A stretch of DNA of 58,813 nt from Thermoprotei archaeon (GCA_021158265.1 JAGGUY010000015.1:1-58813); one strand, 5' to 3'. Positions 37,606 to 45,912 are shown, counted from the stretch's first letter. Numbers and translations: made by a program. The notes: generated by a model from the letters alone, not told the origin.

Positions 37606-37654
37606 CACCTACCGTGACTAAAATATTCAAAAGCAATAAAAACCACGGTAGGTG
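37606..37654. repeat. perfect 11-bp inverted repeat (hairpin with a 27-nt A/T-rich loop)
   Basis: CACCTACCGTG 37606-37616 and CACGGTAGGTG 37644-37654. Confidence 0.8.
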
Positions 37655-37703
37655 AAGAACGCTAAATGTAAACGGGTAAAACACAGCTATTGTTTGAGGT
37701 AAG

Positions 37704-38495
37704 TTGGAAATGAAGCCTAAGATCATAGCAACGTTTGTACCAACTGGTGGTAGGAGAATTGTAGAGCTTGCACTTGAAATTCTTAATAAGCCGGGCTCAA
37801 TAGCTAAGATATCATCTCTTCTTGCAGAGCATAACATAAATATTCTGTGGGGTTTTCATGCTGCAGCACCAGAAGATAAGGTAGAAATATGGGGTCTTTT
37901 CGTAGAAGTACCTAAAGATCTCAACTTGAATGAACTAATTTCAAAACTTAAATCATTAAACGTAGTATATTCTGTACGATATTCCGAAAGAAAGTATGGA
38001 CAATTTCTAGTTGATACACTATACTATCCTATATTGACTACAACAGGGGATCAAGTAGCATTACTCTCATAGAATGAATGCGCTGAATTATTCAAATACA
38101 TTAGAGAGAAATACGGTATTGACGCATTACGTGAAATAGGTAAGAGGCTTATTAAAAAATTCGCTAAAAACATGAGTAAAACGCTTAAAGGTATGGAGCT
38201 AAGTGAGGAAGAGCTGATAAAATACATTGCAGACGCATTAACTGTAAAGGGTTACGGTAAATTTGAAGTTAAAGAAATAAGAGAAAGCGAAGGAATAGTA
38301 ATTTTCTCAGTAACCGAAAATATTGAATGTTCAACACTTAAAGAGTTAAAAGAAAACGCTTGGAAGGGCTTAATTGTTGGAATGTTAGAGGAGCTTGCTA
38401 AGGAGGTTTTTGGTAGAGAGGTTAAGGTTAAAGAAGTAATGTATAAGTGTATCAAACAACCGTATTGCGAATACATTGTAAAGTACAAAGAGTAA
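37704..38495 (+). pseudogene. ACT-domain plus V4R-domain protein interrupted by a single in-frame TAG (38070-38072)
   Basis: Track ORFs 37704-38072 and 38172-38495 share one frame; the 33 codons between them are open and read as protein ('NECAELFKYIREKYGIDALREIGKRLIKKFAKN'); the V4R-like region spans the stop and ends 'CIKQPYCEYIV'. Confidence 0.6.
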
Positions 38496-38508
38496 AAAAG
38501 TAACTGCA

Positions 38509-39537
38509 ATGAGGAAAATTCAAGGCAGAGTCTTGATAAAGGTAGGAGAAGACATTGAAGTACCTATTTTAGGTTCTATAGCTTTCGGATTAATAGATAG
38601 AGGAACAAATGTTATTCAAGTAAGACCTGTTAGCTTTTGCAATTTGAACTGTATAATGTGCTCAACAGATGCTGGCCCTTATTCTAAGTGGAGGCAGGCA
38701 GAATATTGGGTTCCCCCGGAGATATTGCTAGATGGTGTAAGGGAAATTATTAAGTATAAGGGAATAGATAAGGTAGAAGCTCATATAGATACTGTTGGTG
38801 AACCAACTCTTTACTCAAGGCTTATAGAGCTAGTACAGGGACTTAAGGATATTGGGGAGGTAAAGATTGTAAGTATGCAAACGCATGGACAAAACCTTTC
38901 GGAACATAAGGTTGAAGAACTTTCGGAGGCTGGATTAGATAGGATAAATTTAAGCGTAGACGCTATTGATGAGAAACTAGCTAAATACATACAAGGTGCT
39001 GAATGGTATAATGTAAGAAAGGTTCTTAGGATTGCAGAGTATACGTTAGAGAACACTAAAATAGATATTCACATAGCGCCAGTTTATTTGCCTGGAATAA
39101 ACGATGAAGAAATACCTAAGATAATAAAGTGGGCTTTGAAAACAGGTGCAGGTAAGAAATGGCCACCTCTAGGTATTCAAAAATATATACCGCATAAGCA
39201 TGGGAGAAAAGCTCCTGTAAAGAAGGTTATGAGCTGGTATGAGTTTTGGAATTATTTAAAATCTCTTGAAAGAATGTTTAAAGTTAAACTAATACCTAGG
39301 CTTGAAGATTTCGGCATGTTTAAAACAAAACCTTTACCTAAACCTTTTAGAGTAGGTGAGAAAGTACGGGTTAAAATTGTTGCTCCGGGTTGGCTTAAGG
39401 GGGAGAAGTTAGCTGTTGATTTAAGAGGCTTAAGAACAATAACGGTAGTAAACGCTGAAGAACTCCATGAGGGAGCAAAGGTTTCAGTTAGAATTGTTAG
39501 AAACAAGGATAATATCTATGTTGCAATACCTACCTAA
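38509..39537 (+). CDS. radical SAM protein (archaeal COG2100-like) with a C-terminal beta-barrel-like module
   Basis: 342-aa ORF; 'CNLNCIMC' CxxxCxxC motif; C-terminal 'GEKVRVKIVAPGW...GAKVSVRIV'. Confidence 0.75.
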   Translation: MRKIQGRVLIKVGEDIEVPILGSIAFGLIDRGTNVIQVRPVSFCNLNCIMCSTDAGPYSKWRQAEYWVPPEILLDGVREIIKYKGIDKVEAHIDTVGEPTLYSRLIELVQGLKDIGEVKIVSMQTHGQNLSEHKVEELSEAGLDRINLSVDAIDEKLAKYIQGAEWYNVRKVLRIAEYTLENTKIDIHIAPVYLPGINDEEIPKIIKWALKTGAGKKWPPLGIQKYIPHKHGRKAPVKKVMSWYEFWNYLKSLERMFKVKLIPRLEDFGMFKTKPLPKPFRVGEKVRVKIVAPGWLKGEKLAVDLRGLRTITVVNAEELHEGAKVSVRIVRNKDNIYVAIPT

Positions 39538-39806
39538 ATAAGAGCTGCCTCACCAAAGAGAGGAGGCTTCTTAAGTCCATAAATGGTTGATATTTCTCCT
39601 AAAATATGTAGGCTTATGGGGTTTTTTGAATAAGCATAAACTAATTCATCATTAAACTTTATGAAGAAATCGCTTAGATCATACTTTTCAAACGTTTCAA
39701 AATCTATAGTGCAACCTTCGTTAACGTAAGCATTAACAGTCATGGGTTCAATATTTAAGGAAGAAACTTCGCTAACAACCCCTCTAAACGCTACCTCATA
39801 GAACAT
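39534..39806 (-). CDS. hypothetical small protein
   Basis: 90-aa ORF, divergent from the GGDEF-like cassette; no motif recognised. Confidence 0.35.
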   Translation of the reverse strand: MFYEVAFRGVVSEVSSLNIEPMTVNAYVNEGCTIDFETFEKYDLSDFFIKFNDELVYAYSKNPISLHILGEISTIYGLKKPPLFGEAALI

Positions 39807-39904
39807 TGTCTATCTTTCACCTCCCGAAAACATCTTTATCTTAAAGAATTCCTTTTTAACCTTTGCACCCCAATATTACGTATGTTAGTAAAGGGATGTA
39901 GAAC

Positions 39905-40351
39905 ATGAATACTAAAGGCTACGGGAAACTAATTGAAGGGACAGTTATTGTTCTTGATCTTGATAAATTTAAGAAGGTAACTAAGGAGAGAGGATTCAAT
40001 GAGTATAAACCCAACATAATTACTGGAACGCTAACGCATTTAGTTGAAAATTTTGTTCGAAAATGGAATGCCTATGTTCTATACGGACTAGACTATTCTA
40101 GGGGAACAGAGGAAGCAGTAATCATAATACCAATGATAAAGCCTGAAGAAGTATTAGGTGATCTCGAGAAAATACGTAGGGAAATAGAGAAGCTCGGTGC
40201 AACATTAAGTATAGGTGTTAGCTACGGGGTAATAGTTAATATTAAAGCTAGAAATCGAAGAGAAGCTTATGAGAATATTACAGTTAAAAACGCTCTTAAA
40301 GCACTTAGAGAAGCAAAGAGAAAAGGAGGAAATAGAATAGTGATAAAGTGA
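39905..40351 (+). CDS. stand-alone minimal GGDEF/Cas10-palm-like nucleotidyl cyclase domain protein
   Basis: 148-aa ORF; 'VIVLDLDKFKKV', 'SRGTEEAVIIIP', 'ATLSIGVSYG', 'ALKALREAKRKGGNRIVI' are collinear with the GGDEF motifs DxDxFK, GGEEF, SIGVA and AKxxGRN. Confidence 0.6.
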   Translation: MNTKGYGKLIEGTVIVLDLDKFKKVTKERGFNEYKPNIITGTLTHLVENFVRKWNAYVLYGLDYSRGTEEAVIIIPMIKPEEVLGDLEKIRREIEKLGATLSIGVSYGVIVNIKARNRREAYENITVKNALKALREAKRKGGNRIVIK

Positions 40352-40357
40352 GATAGT

Positions 40358-41005
40358 ATGGGCATAGATCTTCATAGAATAGTATCATATACTTTAGCTC
40401 CAAGAAGAGGTATAAAGCCAATAATAAATGAAGCCCATACTGTGAAAACACTTATTCTCCTCTACACTAAAGGTCCTCTTGGAAGACAAGCTTTAAGCAA
40501 AATTTTAGGGATTGGCGAATCCTCCGTTAGGACTCTCATAAGGAGGCTAAAGGAACTCGGCTTAGTTGATGTATCAAAAGCAGGCGGCGCTTATTTAACA
40601 AATACGGGTGAAGCTATTGTTAAGAGGCTTCTTGAGAAAATAGTGCCACCCAAGGTAATAGATATTAGCGACTTAAATTATCTAAAGCTGTCCAGAAAAG
40701 CATGCGCAATAGTGCTAAGAGATTATTGTAGGGAAAAACCCGATGTGCTTCGCATAAGAGATTCTCTTATAAGATATGGTGCAGAAGCAGCATTGATAAT
40801 ATGTGTTAGGAAGGGAAAGTTCATTCTTCTCTCACCACAAGGTAACGGTATTGACGAAACCGTAATCGAAGAATTAAACGAGCTAAAGAACAGATTAAAC
40901 ATAGAACTTCATAATTACGATCTCATATTAGTATCTTATGCTGAAAGCTTGGATAAATGTGAAACCTCTCTTTATAAATTCATAGTTTTAGAAGGGATTG
41001 ACTAA
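40358..41005 (+). CDS. winged-HTH protein with an uncharacterised alpha/beta C-terminal (putative ligand-sensing) domain
   Basis: 215-aa ORF starting 6 nt after the cyclase-like gene; HTH 'LGRQALSKILGIGESSVRTLIRRLKELGLV'. Confidence 0.55.
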   Translation: MGIDLHRIVSYTLAPRRGIKPIINEAHTVKTLILLYTKGPLGRQALSKILGIGESSVRTLIRRLKELGLVDVSKAGGAYLTNTGEAIVKRLLEKIVPPKVIDISDLNYLKLSRKACAIVLRDYCREKPDVLRIRDSLIRYGAEAALIICVRKGKFILLSPQGNGIDETVIEELNELKNRLNIELHNYDLILVSYAESLDKCETSLYKFIVLEGID

Positions 41006-41768
41006 AGTGAGTATTGAGAGAATAGAAAAAATAGCTAAAAGCTTAGGTGGATTAATTGATTACAAGTACGTTAAAATTGTTTTAGGTAAGAATGATCCTA
41101 AAGTTCTAATAGACATTCCAATAACAGTAAATACTAAAAACGTATATGGTTACTTATCAGCAATCTATACGTTAATGAACCCCACACTTGCTAAGAAAAT
41201 TAAAGGAACTATAATTTTGCGAACATACTTTAAATACCACATAGCTGAGCATGTTTTGCAGGAAGAGGAATTTGACTATGCTTTCGAAACTTTATTTTTT
41301 GACGAAAGCGTGGGTTACATTGTGTCTAAAGATTTAGTTCTAGAGAAAATACCTGTAATGCGTTGGAATGAGAGAAAAGACGTTATCGTGCCTTATATGG
41401 GTTTATGGAGCGAAAACATGGTTTCCGAATTGAACTTTAATCTCATAGTTTCTCTTCTCAACGAAATAGGGATCTTAGATTTCAGTATCAATGATTTTAG
41501 CAAAGAATATCTTGAAACACTTAAAGTTCTCAAAAATTATGGCAACATTGTTTTAGAAAGTGTAAGTAGGTTGGGGATAGCAGTACCTAAAGTTAATGTT
41601 CTAGATAAAGTGAATGAAAACATGTTAGTCTTAGAGGTTAGAAGTTTCCTAAACGAAGTTATCGACGCTGTTAGAGCTAAGAAGGATGGTATTGTTTTAA
41701 GTTTGATGAAGGGCATTATTTGGGAAAATATTGGAAACTATCTCTTAGCTATTGCTTTTTCTCAATAA
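40998..41768 (+). CDS. hypothetical protein, third gene of the cassette
   Basis: 256-aa ORF; TTG start overlaps the upstream stop by 8 nt (alternative GTG at 41007); no motif recognised. Confidence 0.5.
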   Translation: MTKVSIERIEKIAKSLGGLIDYKYVKIVLGKNDPKVLIDIPITVNTKNVYGYLSAIYTLMNPTLAKKIKGTIILRTYFKYHIAEHVLQEEEFDYAFETLFFDESVGYIVSKDLVLEKIPVMRWNERKDVIVPYMGLWSENMVSELNFNLIVSLLNEIGILDFSINDFSKEYLETLKVLKNYGNIVLESVSRLGIAVPKVNVLDKVNENMLVLEVRSFLNEVIDAVRAKKDGIVLSLMKGIIWENIGNYLLAIAFSQ

Positions 41769-43713
41769 CTTTCACTGAACCATAACCTACATAAACTATT
41801 TTGTCAGGAACTAGAGCGTCAAGAACTTCGCTTCTATTAGTAGCTACAATAACTGTTATTCCCGCTTTCCTAGCTATTTCTGAAAGCTTTCTAGCAACCC
41901 TTCTAGCAGTTAAGGCATCAAGGTGCGCTGTAAATTCATCAATAATTAAGACGTTGGGTTTTTCAGCTAGTAAACTTGCTAATTTAGCTCTCTCCTTCTG
42001 TCCTGTTGAGAGCTCCGAGAATTTTGCTCTATAGAAAACAGCGTCCGATAATCCACACATGTTAAGTATTTCCACAGATACGAATTCATCCCCGGTTTTA
42101 TCATAGATGTGCTCTAGGATGCTTTCATCTCCAAACGTCGGCTCTAACTCTCCCGGTAAAAGTATTGAAAGCTTTATGTTCTTAGGAACATTAATTTCAC
42201 CTCTTGATGGGATATATCTCTTATCTGTAAGCTTTAATGCTGCACCAGCAATCATTCTAAGTAATGTTGTTTTTCCAGCACCAGAAACCCCAACAACAGC
42301 TACTATTTCCTTAGGCTTTATAGTTAAGTTCACATGGTGTAGAACAGTTTTTTCAATGATTCTCTTTTCGACACCGAAAGCCCTAAGAACATCCTGTAAT
42401 TTTTCCGAAAGCCTACTAATGTCAAGAAGGTTTCTGTATGTTTTTGTAACGTCGCTTAAGACTATGGGTTCAGCTATTACCTCCACTTTACCGTATCTAC
42501 TTCTGTACAGCTTCCCTCCATGCTTTTTAGCGTAGGGATCTTCCTTCAGAAACTTAGCTATTTTCTCTCTGGCAATTTCGGTTAGCGGATAATAAAGGAC
42601 AGGTCTACCACTCGCTGTTTCCCATAGAAAAATAAAACCTGCTTTTTCGAAGAACGGATTATACCTTGCCATTTGAGCTATTGTTTCCACTAAATGCTTT
42701 CTTCTCTTCATTTCCGGAACTCTTCTCTCTCTTATCCAGTCTATTGCTGCTCTAACAGCTAATACTCCTAAACCATCTCCTCTATAGTCTGGGTGTATGA
42801 CGACTCTAGCTATTCTTGAAACAGCCGTGTTTGCGGCTTTCAATAGCTCCTTTCTGAGCTCATCACCTATCATTGCCTTAGCTATCCTTTTACCATAAAT
42901 TGAAACAAGTTCACGATACTTCTTCATTAATTCTCTTCTTTTAGTATAAGCTTCAGGCCAAAATGTCGGATGGAACCATGATTTTCCAAAAACTCTTTCC
43001 CTAATAAATTTCTCAATAATAACTGTCCCCTTTTCATCAACAACCTTCCTTGACATTAAAGGTATTGGAGTATCTACTCTTACATATCCTACAATTCTGG
43101 GTTCATAGGGTTCTCTTTTAGCAAGCTCTAAAACTAGGAATCTTGATGAGGGTAATGAGCCCTTTATTTCAACAAGCTTTGCCTCAATATTGCATGTAGG
43201 ACATATGGGCGGGGTATTTGATTGGAAGAATTTACCGCATTTCGGGCATCTCCAAACAGCTACTACAATCTTCTGAGAAGCGTAATGATACTGTTCTAGG
43301 TTAACAATATTTCTATAGTCTTCTTCACTAAGAGCCTCCCTAGCTATAACCTCATACCTATAGAGTTCTTTGCCAGTTACAGAATCGTATCTTGGAAGTA
43401 CAAATTTCCTACGATAAATAGGCCATACCTTAATATGTTCATCTCCCCATATCCTATAGAGCTCATAATCGTCATAATATAGGATATGTTTGTTAAAGAA
43501 TCTCTTAGGTATCTCCTTAATTACAAGCTTTACCTTTTCACCTTCAATAAGCCATTGGGCAATATTCCCCATCATAAGTAAGTTTATTTCCCCTAAGCCC
43601 CTCACGTCAACTGTAACATGTCCTTGCCATCTATATCCATATTCAGGAACACTAGCTTCTCTAATAACCCCGTAGTGTACTCCTAAAACCGATTTACTAA
43701 GTAGTGAAGACAA
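41749..43713 (-). CDS. multidomain protein: unknown N-domain, Zn ribbon, GNAT acetyltransferase and a single ABC ATPase domain
   Basis: 654-aa ORF; 'CPKCGKFFQSNTPPICPTC'; GNAT 'VVIHPDYRGDGLGVLAVRAAIDW'; Walker A 'GVSGAGKTT', signature 'LSTGQKERA', Walker B 'LIIDEFTAHLD'. Confidence 0.7.
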   Translation of the reverse strand: MSSLLSKSVLGVHYGVIREASVPEYGYRWQGHVTVDVRGLGEINLLMMGNIAQWLIEGEKVKLVIKEIPKRFFNKHILYYDDYELYRIWGDEHIKVWPIYRRKFVLPRYDSVTGKELYRYEVIAREALSEEDYRNIVNLEQYHYASQKIVVAVWRCPKCGKFFQSNTPPICPTCNIEAKLVEIKGSLPSSRFLVLELAKREPYEPRIVGYVRVDTPIPLMSRKVVDEKGTVIIEKFIRERVFGKSWFHPTFWPEAYTKRRELMKKYRELVSIYGKRIAKAMIGDELRKELLKAANTAVSRIARVVIHPDYRGDGLGVLAVRAAIDWIRERRVPEMKRRKHLVETIAQMARYNPFFEKAGFIFLWETASGRPVLYYPLTEIAREKIAKFLKEDPYAKKHGGKLYRSRYGKVEVIAEPIVLSDVTKTYRNLLDISRLSEKLQDVLRAFGVEKRIIEKTVLHHVNLTIKPKEIVAVVGVSGAGKTTLLRMIAGAALKLTDKRYIPSRGEINVPKNIKLSILLPGELEPTFGDESILEHIYDKTGDEFVSVEILNMCGLSDAVFYRAKFSELSTGQKERAKLASLLAEKPNVLIIDEFTAHLDALTARRVARKLSEIARKAGITVIVATNRSEVLDALVPDKIVYVGYGSVKVIEKKQ

Positions 43714-43772
43714 ATTAACACCTTAAAATAGATTAATGAAAGGTTATGTTAGAATCCATTAAAAACTTGCTT

Positions 43773-44303
43773 TTATTTTGACTTTTTGAATCTCTCTATT
43801 GCGGCAAGTATTCTTTTCTTAGCCTCTTCAGGTCCCTTCCATTCCCTTACCTTAACCCATTTACCAGGCTCTAATTCCTTATAATGTTCAAAGAAATGCT
43901 TTATTTTGTCTAAATACGCTTTAGGTAGGTCATTTATTGAATTAATATTGGCCCATCTGGGGTCTATCTTAACTGTAGGCACAGCTATAACCTTGTTATC
44001 AGGCCCTTCCTCATCCTCCATTTCAAGTAACCCTATAGGTCTAGCAGGTATTACCGTTCCCGGAAACACTGGTTCATGGCTTAATACTAATACGTCAACG
44101 GGGTCCCCATCCTCCTCGAGAGTTGAGGGAATGAAGCCATAGTTGAAGGGGTATATCATTGCTGTATACAGTATTCTGTCAACAAATACTGCACCCGTTT
44201 CCTTATCAACTTCGTATTTAACATATGAATTCATAGGTATTTCTACTACAACATATATTTCATCAGGTGGATTTTTTCCTGGCGGAAGCTTTTCAAGATT
44301 CAT
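43773..44303 (-). CDS. ppa: inorganic pyrophosphatase (family I)
   Basis: 176-aa ORF; '[17 protein letters not shown]', '[23 protein letters not shown]'. Confidence 0.95.
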   Translation of the reverse strand: MNLEKLPPGKNPPDEIYVVVEIPMNSYVKYEVDKETGAVFVDRILYTAMIYPFNYGFIPSTLEEDGDPVDVLVLSHEPVFPGTVIPARPIGLLEMEDEEGPDNKVIAVPTVKIDPRWANINSINDLPKAYLDKIKHFFEHYKELEPGKWVKVREWKGPEEAKKRILAAIERFKKSK

Positions 44304-44390
44304 AAATTATGATCACCAGTATGTTTTAAGTAAACTTTTAACATTAAAACTTATCTTAGTAGTGTCTCTTAAATTATCAGATGATGAAGT

Positions 44391-44651
44391 TTGGTATTGA
44401 GATTTAAGGTAACTGTGGACTGGAGTAAATGTGAAGGTTCAGAACTATGTGTTACTATGTGCCCAGCTTACGTCTTTGAAATGAAAGAGTTGACCATTGG
44501 AAATAGGGTTAAGAAAGTTAGCTATGTTATTGATGAAAATAAATGCATTGGATGTTTTGGATGCATGATTATATGTCCAAATAACGCCATCACCATTGAA
44601 CCTAAAGATTTAAACAAAATAAATAGGGTTAGGCAAACAACTTTAGTTTGA
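44391..44651 (+). CDS. small 2x[4Fe-4S]-type ferredoxin-domain protein
   Basis: 86-aa ORF; 'CEGSELCVTMCP' and 'CIGCFGCMIICP'; the start may be the GTG at 44412. Confidence 0.7.
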   Translation: MVLRFKVTVDWSKCEGSELCVTMCPAYVFEMKELTIGNRVKKVSYVIDENKCIGCFGCMIICPNNAITIEPKDLNKINRVRQTTLV

Positions 44652-45912
44652 ATTTTCTCCCCTTTCTTTTAACCTTAGCTATTAGAATTCTTTCTCCACT
44701 GAAAAGTTTAGCTCCAAGAGTGATCAGTGCTAGTGTGTATATTGCTAAAATAAGTAAGTGCCTTACTGAGTATATAAAGCCGTTCTCGTATTTAACAAAG
44801 GTTACCAACGCTAAAACACTATGAGTGTATGGAATTAGGTAAAGCAGAGGTAATGTTTGCGAAGCTATTTTCTCTAAGTCCCCATAAATGCTGGCGAACA
44901 TAACTAAAGCTAAAACAGTTGTTAATGCTGTAGCATTACTATGGGCTGATCTTACACTACCTGAAACTGTCGAGAGAAGTAATGCTATTGAAACTGTTAC
45001 AGTTACAGTTAAGAAAACATCAATAGCATATATCCCTATAAGTCCCAAGCCTCCGCCAATGGGTATTTGTACTCCAAGGAGTCCTCCAAAGAGGAATGTG
45101 TACATTAAGAAAACTCCGAGAGTGTTCATTCCGGCAGCTACACCGCTTAAAACAAGGCTTGCGATAAGCTTGCCACCTAATATTTCAATGCGTGACGCGG
45201 GAGTTACTAAAAGAGCTTCTAATGTTTTTCTCTCTTTCTCGCCAGCCACGCTATCAGTAACGAAGGCTATTGCCGGATGCATGCTAAAGTATAGTCCTAA
45301 AATAAATATCATTAGCGTGAGAAACAGAAATCTCTCCTCAGGGGATGCCGCTCTTCCGCCGGGACCTATGTATTCTACAACTTTCTTTATGGGGTTAAGA
45401 AATCTTTCAGGTTCCACATTAGGTATGGCAGTTTTTATTCTCTTTCTGACGATGTTATTTGATAAAGCATTTATAGCCATTTCAACAAGCGATAGTGCTT
45501 CTGAAGCTTTAGATGAAACAACGTTCGGTTTAATATATACTATGCCAACACCATTTAATGACTTAGTTATGTTCTCTGTAAATCCTTTAGGTATGATTAA
45601 TGTTAGATCAATGTTTGGATTTTCTAAAACCTGTAGCTCGCTAGTGTAATTTGTAAAAATGTTTACATTTCCAAAATATTTTGAATAGTTAAGCAAAGTG
45701 TTTTTTAGTTCCTCAGAATATTCGCCTTTATCATAATCTATTATAGCTATGTATGCAGGTTGTGCCTTAAACATATATCCTATAAGGCCGCCCAGCGTCG
45801 GATAGAAGATTATGGGGACTATTATCGCTGCAAATATTGTTCTCTTATCTCTTGACAGATCAAGTAATTCCTTCCAAATGATATTTTTAAGTCTCCTCCA
45901 ATTCACTTTCAA
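44629..45912 (-). CDS. ABC-2 type exporter permease (NatB-like)
   Basis: 427-aa ORF; N-terminal 'IIWKELLDLSRDKRTIFAAIIVPIIF', a large extracytoplasmic loop and a C-terminal TM bundle; its start overlaps the upstream ATPase gene. Confidence 0.75.
   Translation of the reverse strand: MKVNWRRLKNIIWKELLDLSRDKRTIFAAIIVPIIFYPTLGGLIGYMFKAQPAYIAIIDYDKGEYSEELKNTLLNYSKYFGNVNIFTNYTSELQVLENPNIDLTLIIPKGFTENITKSLNGVGIVYIKPNVVSSKASEALSLVEMAINALSNNIVRKRIKTAIPNVEPERFLNPIKKVVEYIGPGGRAASPEERFLFLTLMIFILGLYFSMHPAIAFVTDSVAGEKERKTLEALLVTPASRIEILGGKLIASLVLSGVAAGMNTLGVFLMYTFLFGGLLGVQIPIGGGLGLIGIYAIDVFLTVTVTVSIALLLSTVSGSVRSAHSNATALTTVLALVMFASIYGDLEKIASQTLPLLYLIPYTHSVLALVTFVKYENGFIYSVRHLLILAIYTLALITLGAKLFSGERILIAKVKRKGRKFKLKLFA

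Larger units (their letters stand above)
36375..37654 (-). mobile_element. possible stand-alone tnpB-type insertion element; boundaries not defined
   Basis: The TnpB-like gene sits alone between two unrelated + strand genes, with a subterminal perfect hairpin at 37606-37654; no tnpA, no terminal inverted repeats, and no second copy in the window. Confidence 0.3.

Noticed and set aside
37470-37646. N-terminal 59 codons of the 423-aa track ORF (TnpB-like gene)
   Set aside because: The stretch runs through the GC-rich structured element and reads as implausible protein. A TATA-like box and a TTG at 37469 give a canonical TnpB N-terminus, so the long open frame is most likely a by-product of GC richness.
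37538-37837. 99-aa minus-strand ORF spanning the GC-rich element and the start of the ACT-V4R gene
   Set aside because: It is antisense to a well-supported gene, has no motif, and again stays open because of the local GC-rich composition.
44888-45649. 253-aa plus-strand ORF
   Set aside because: It lies entirely antisense to the ABC-2 permease gene, whose product has a convincing NatB-like N-terminus and TM bundle. The plus-strand translation is low-complexity Ser/Thr/Pro/Ala-rich with no motif.
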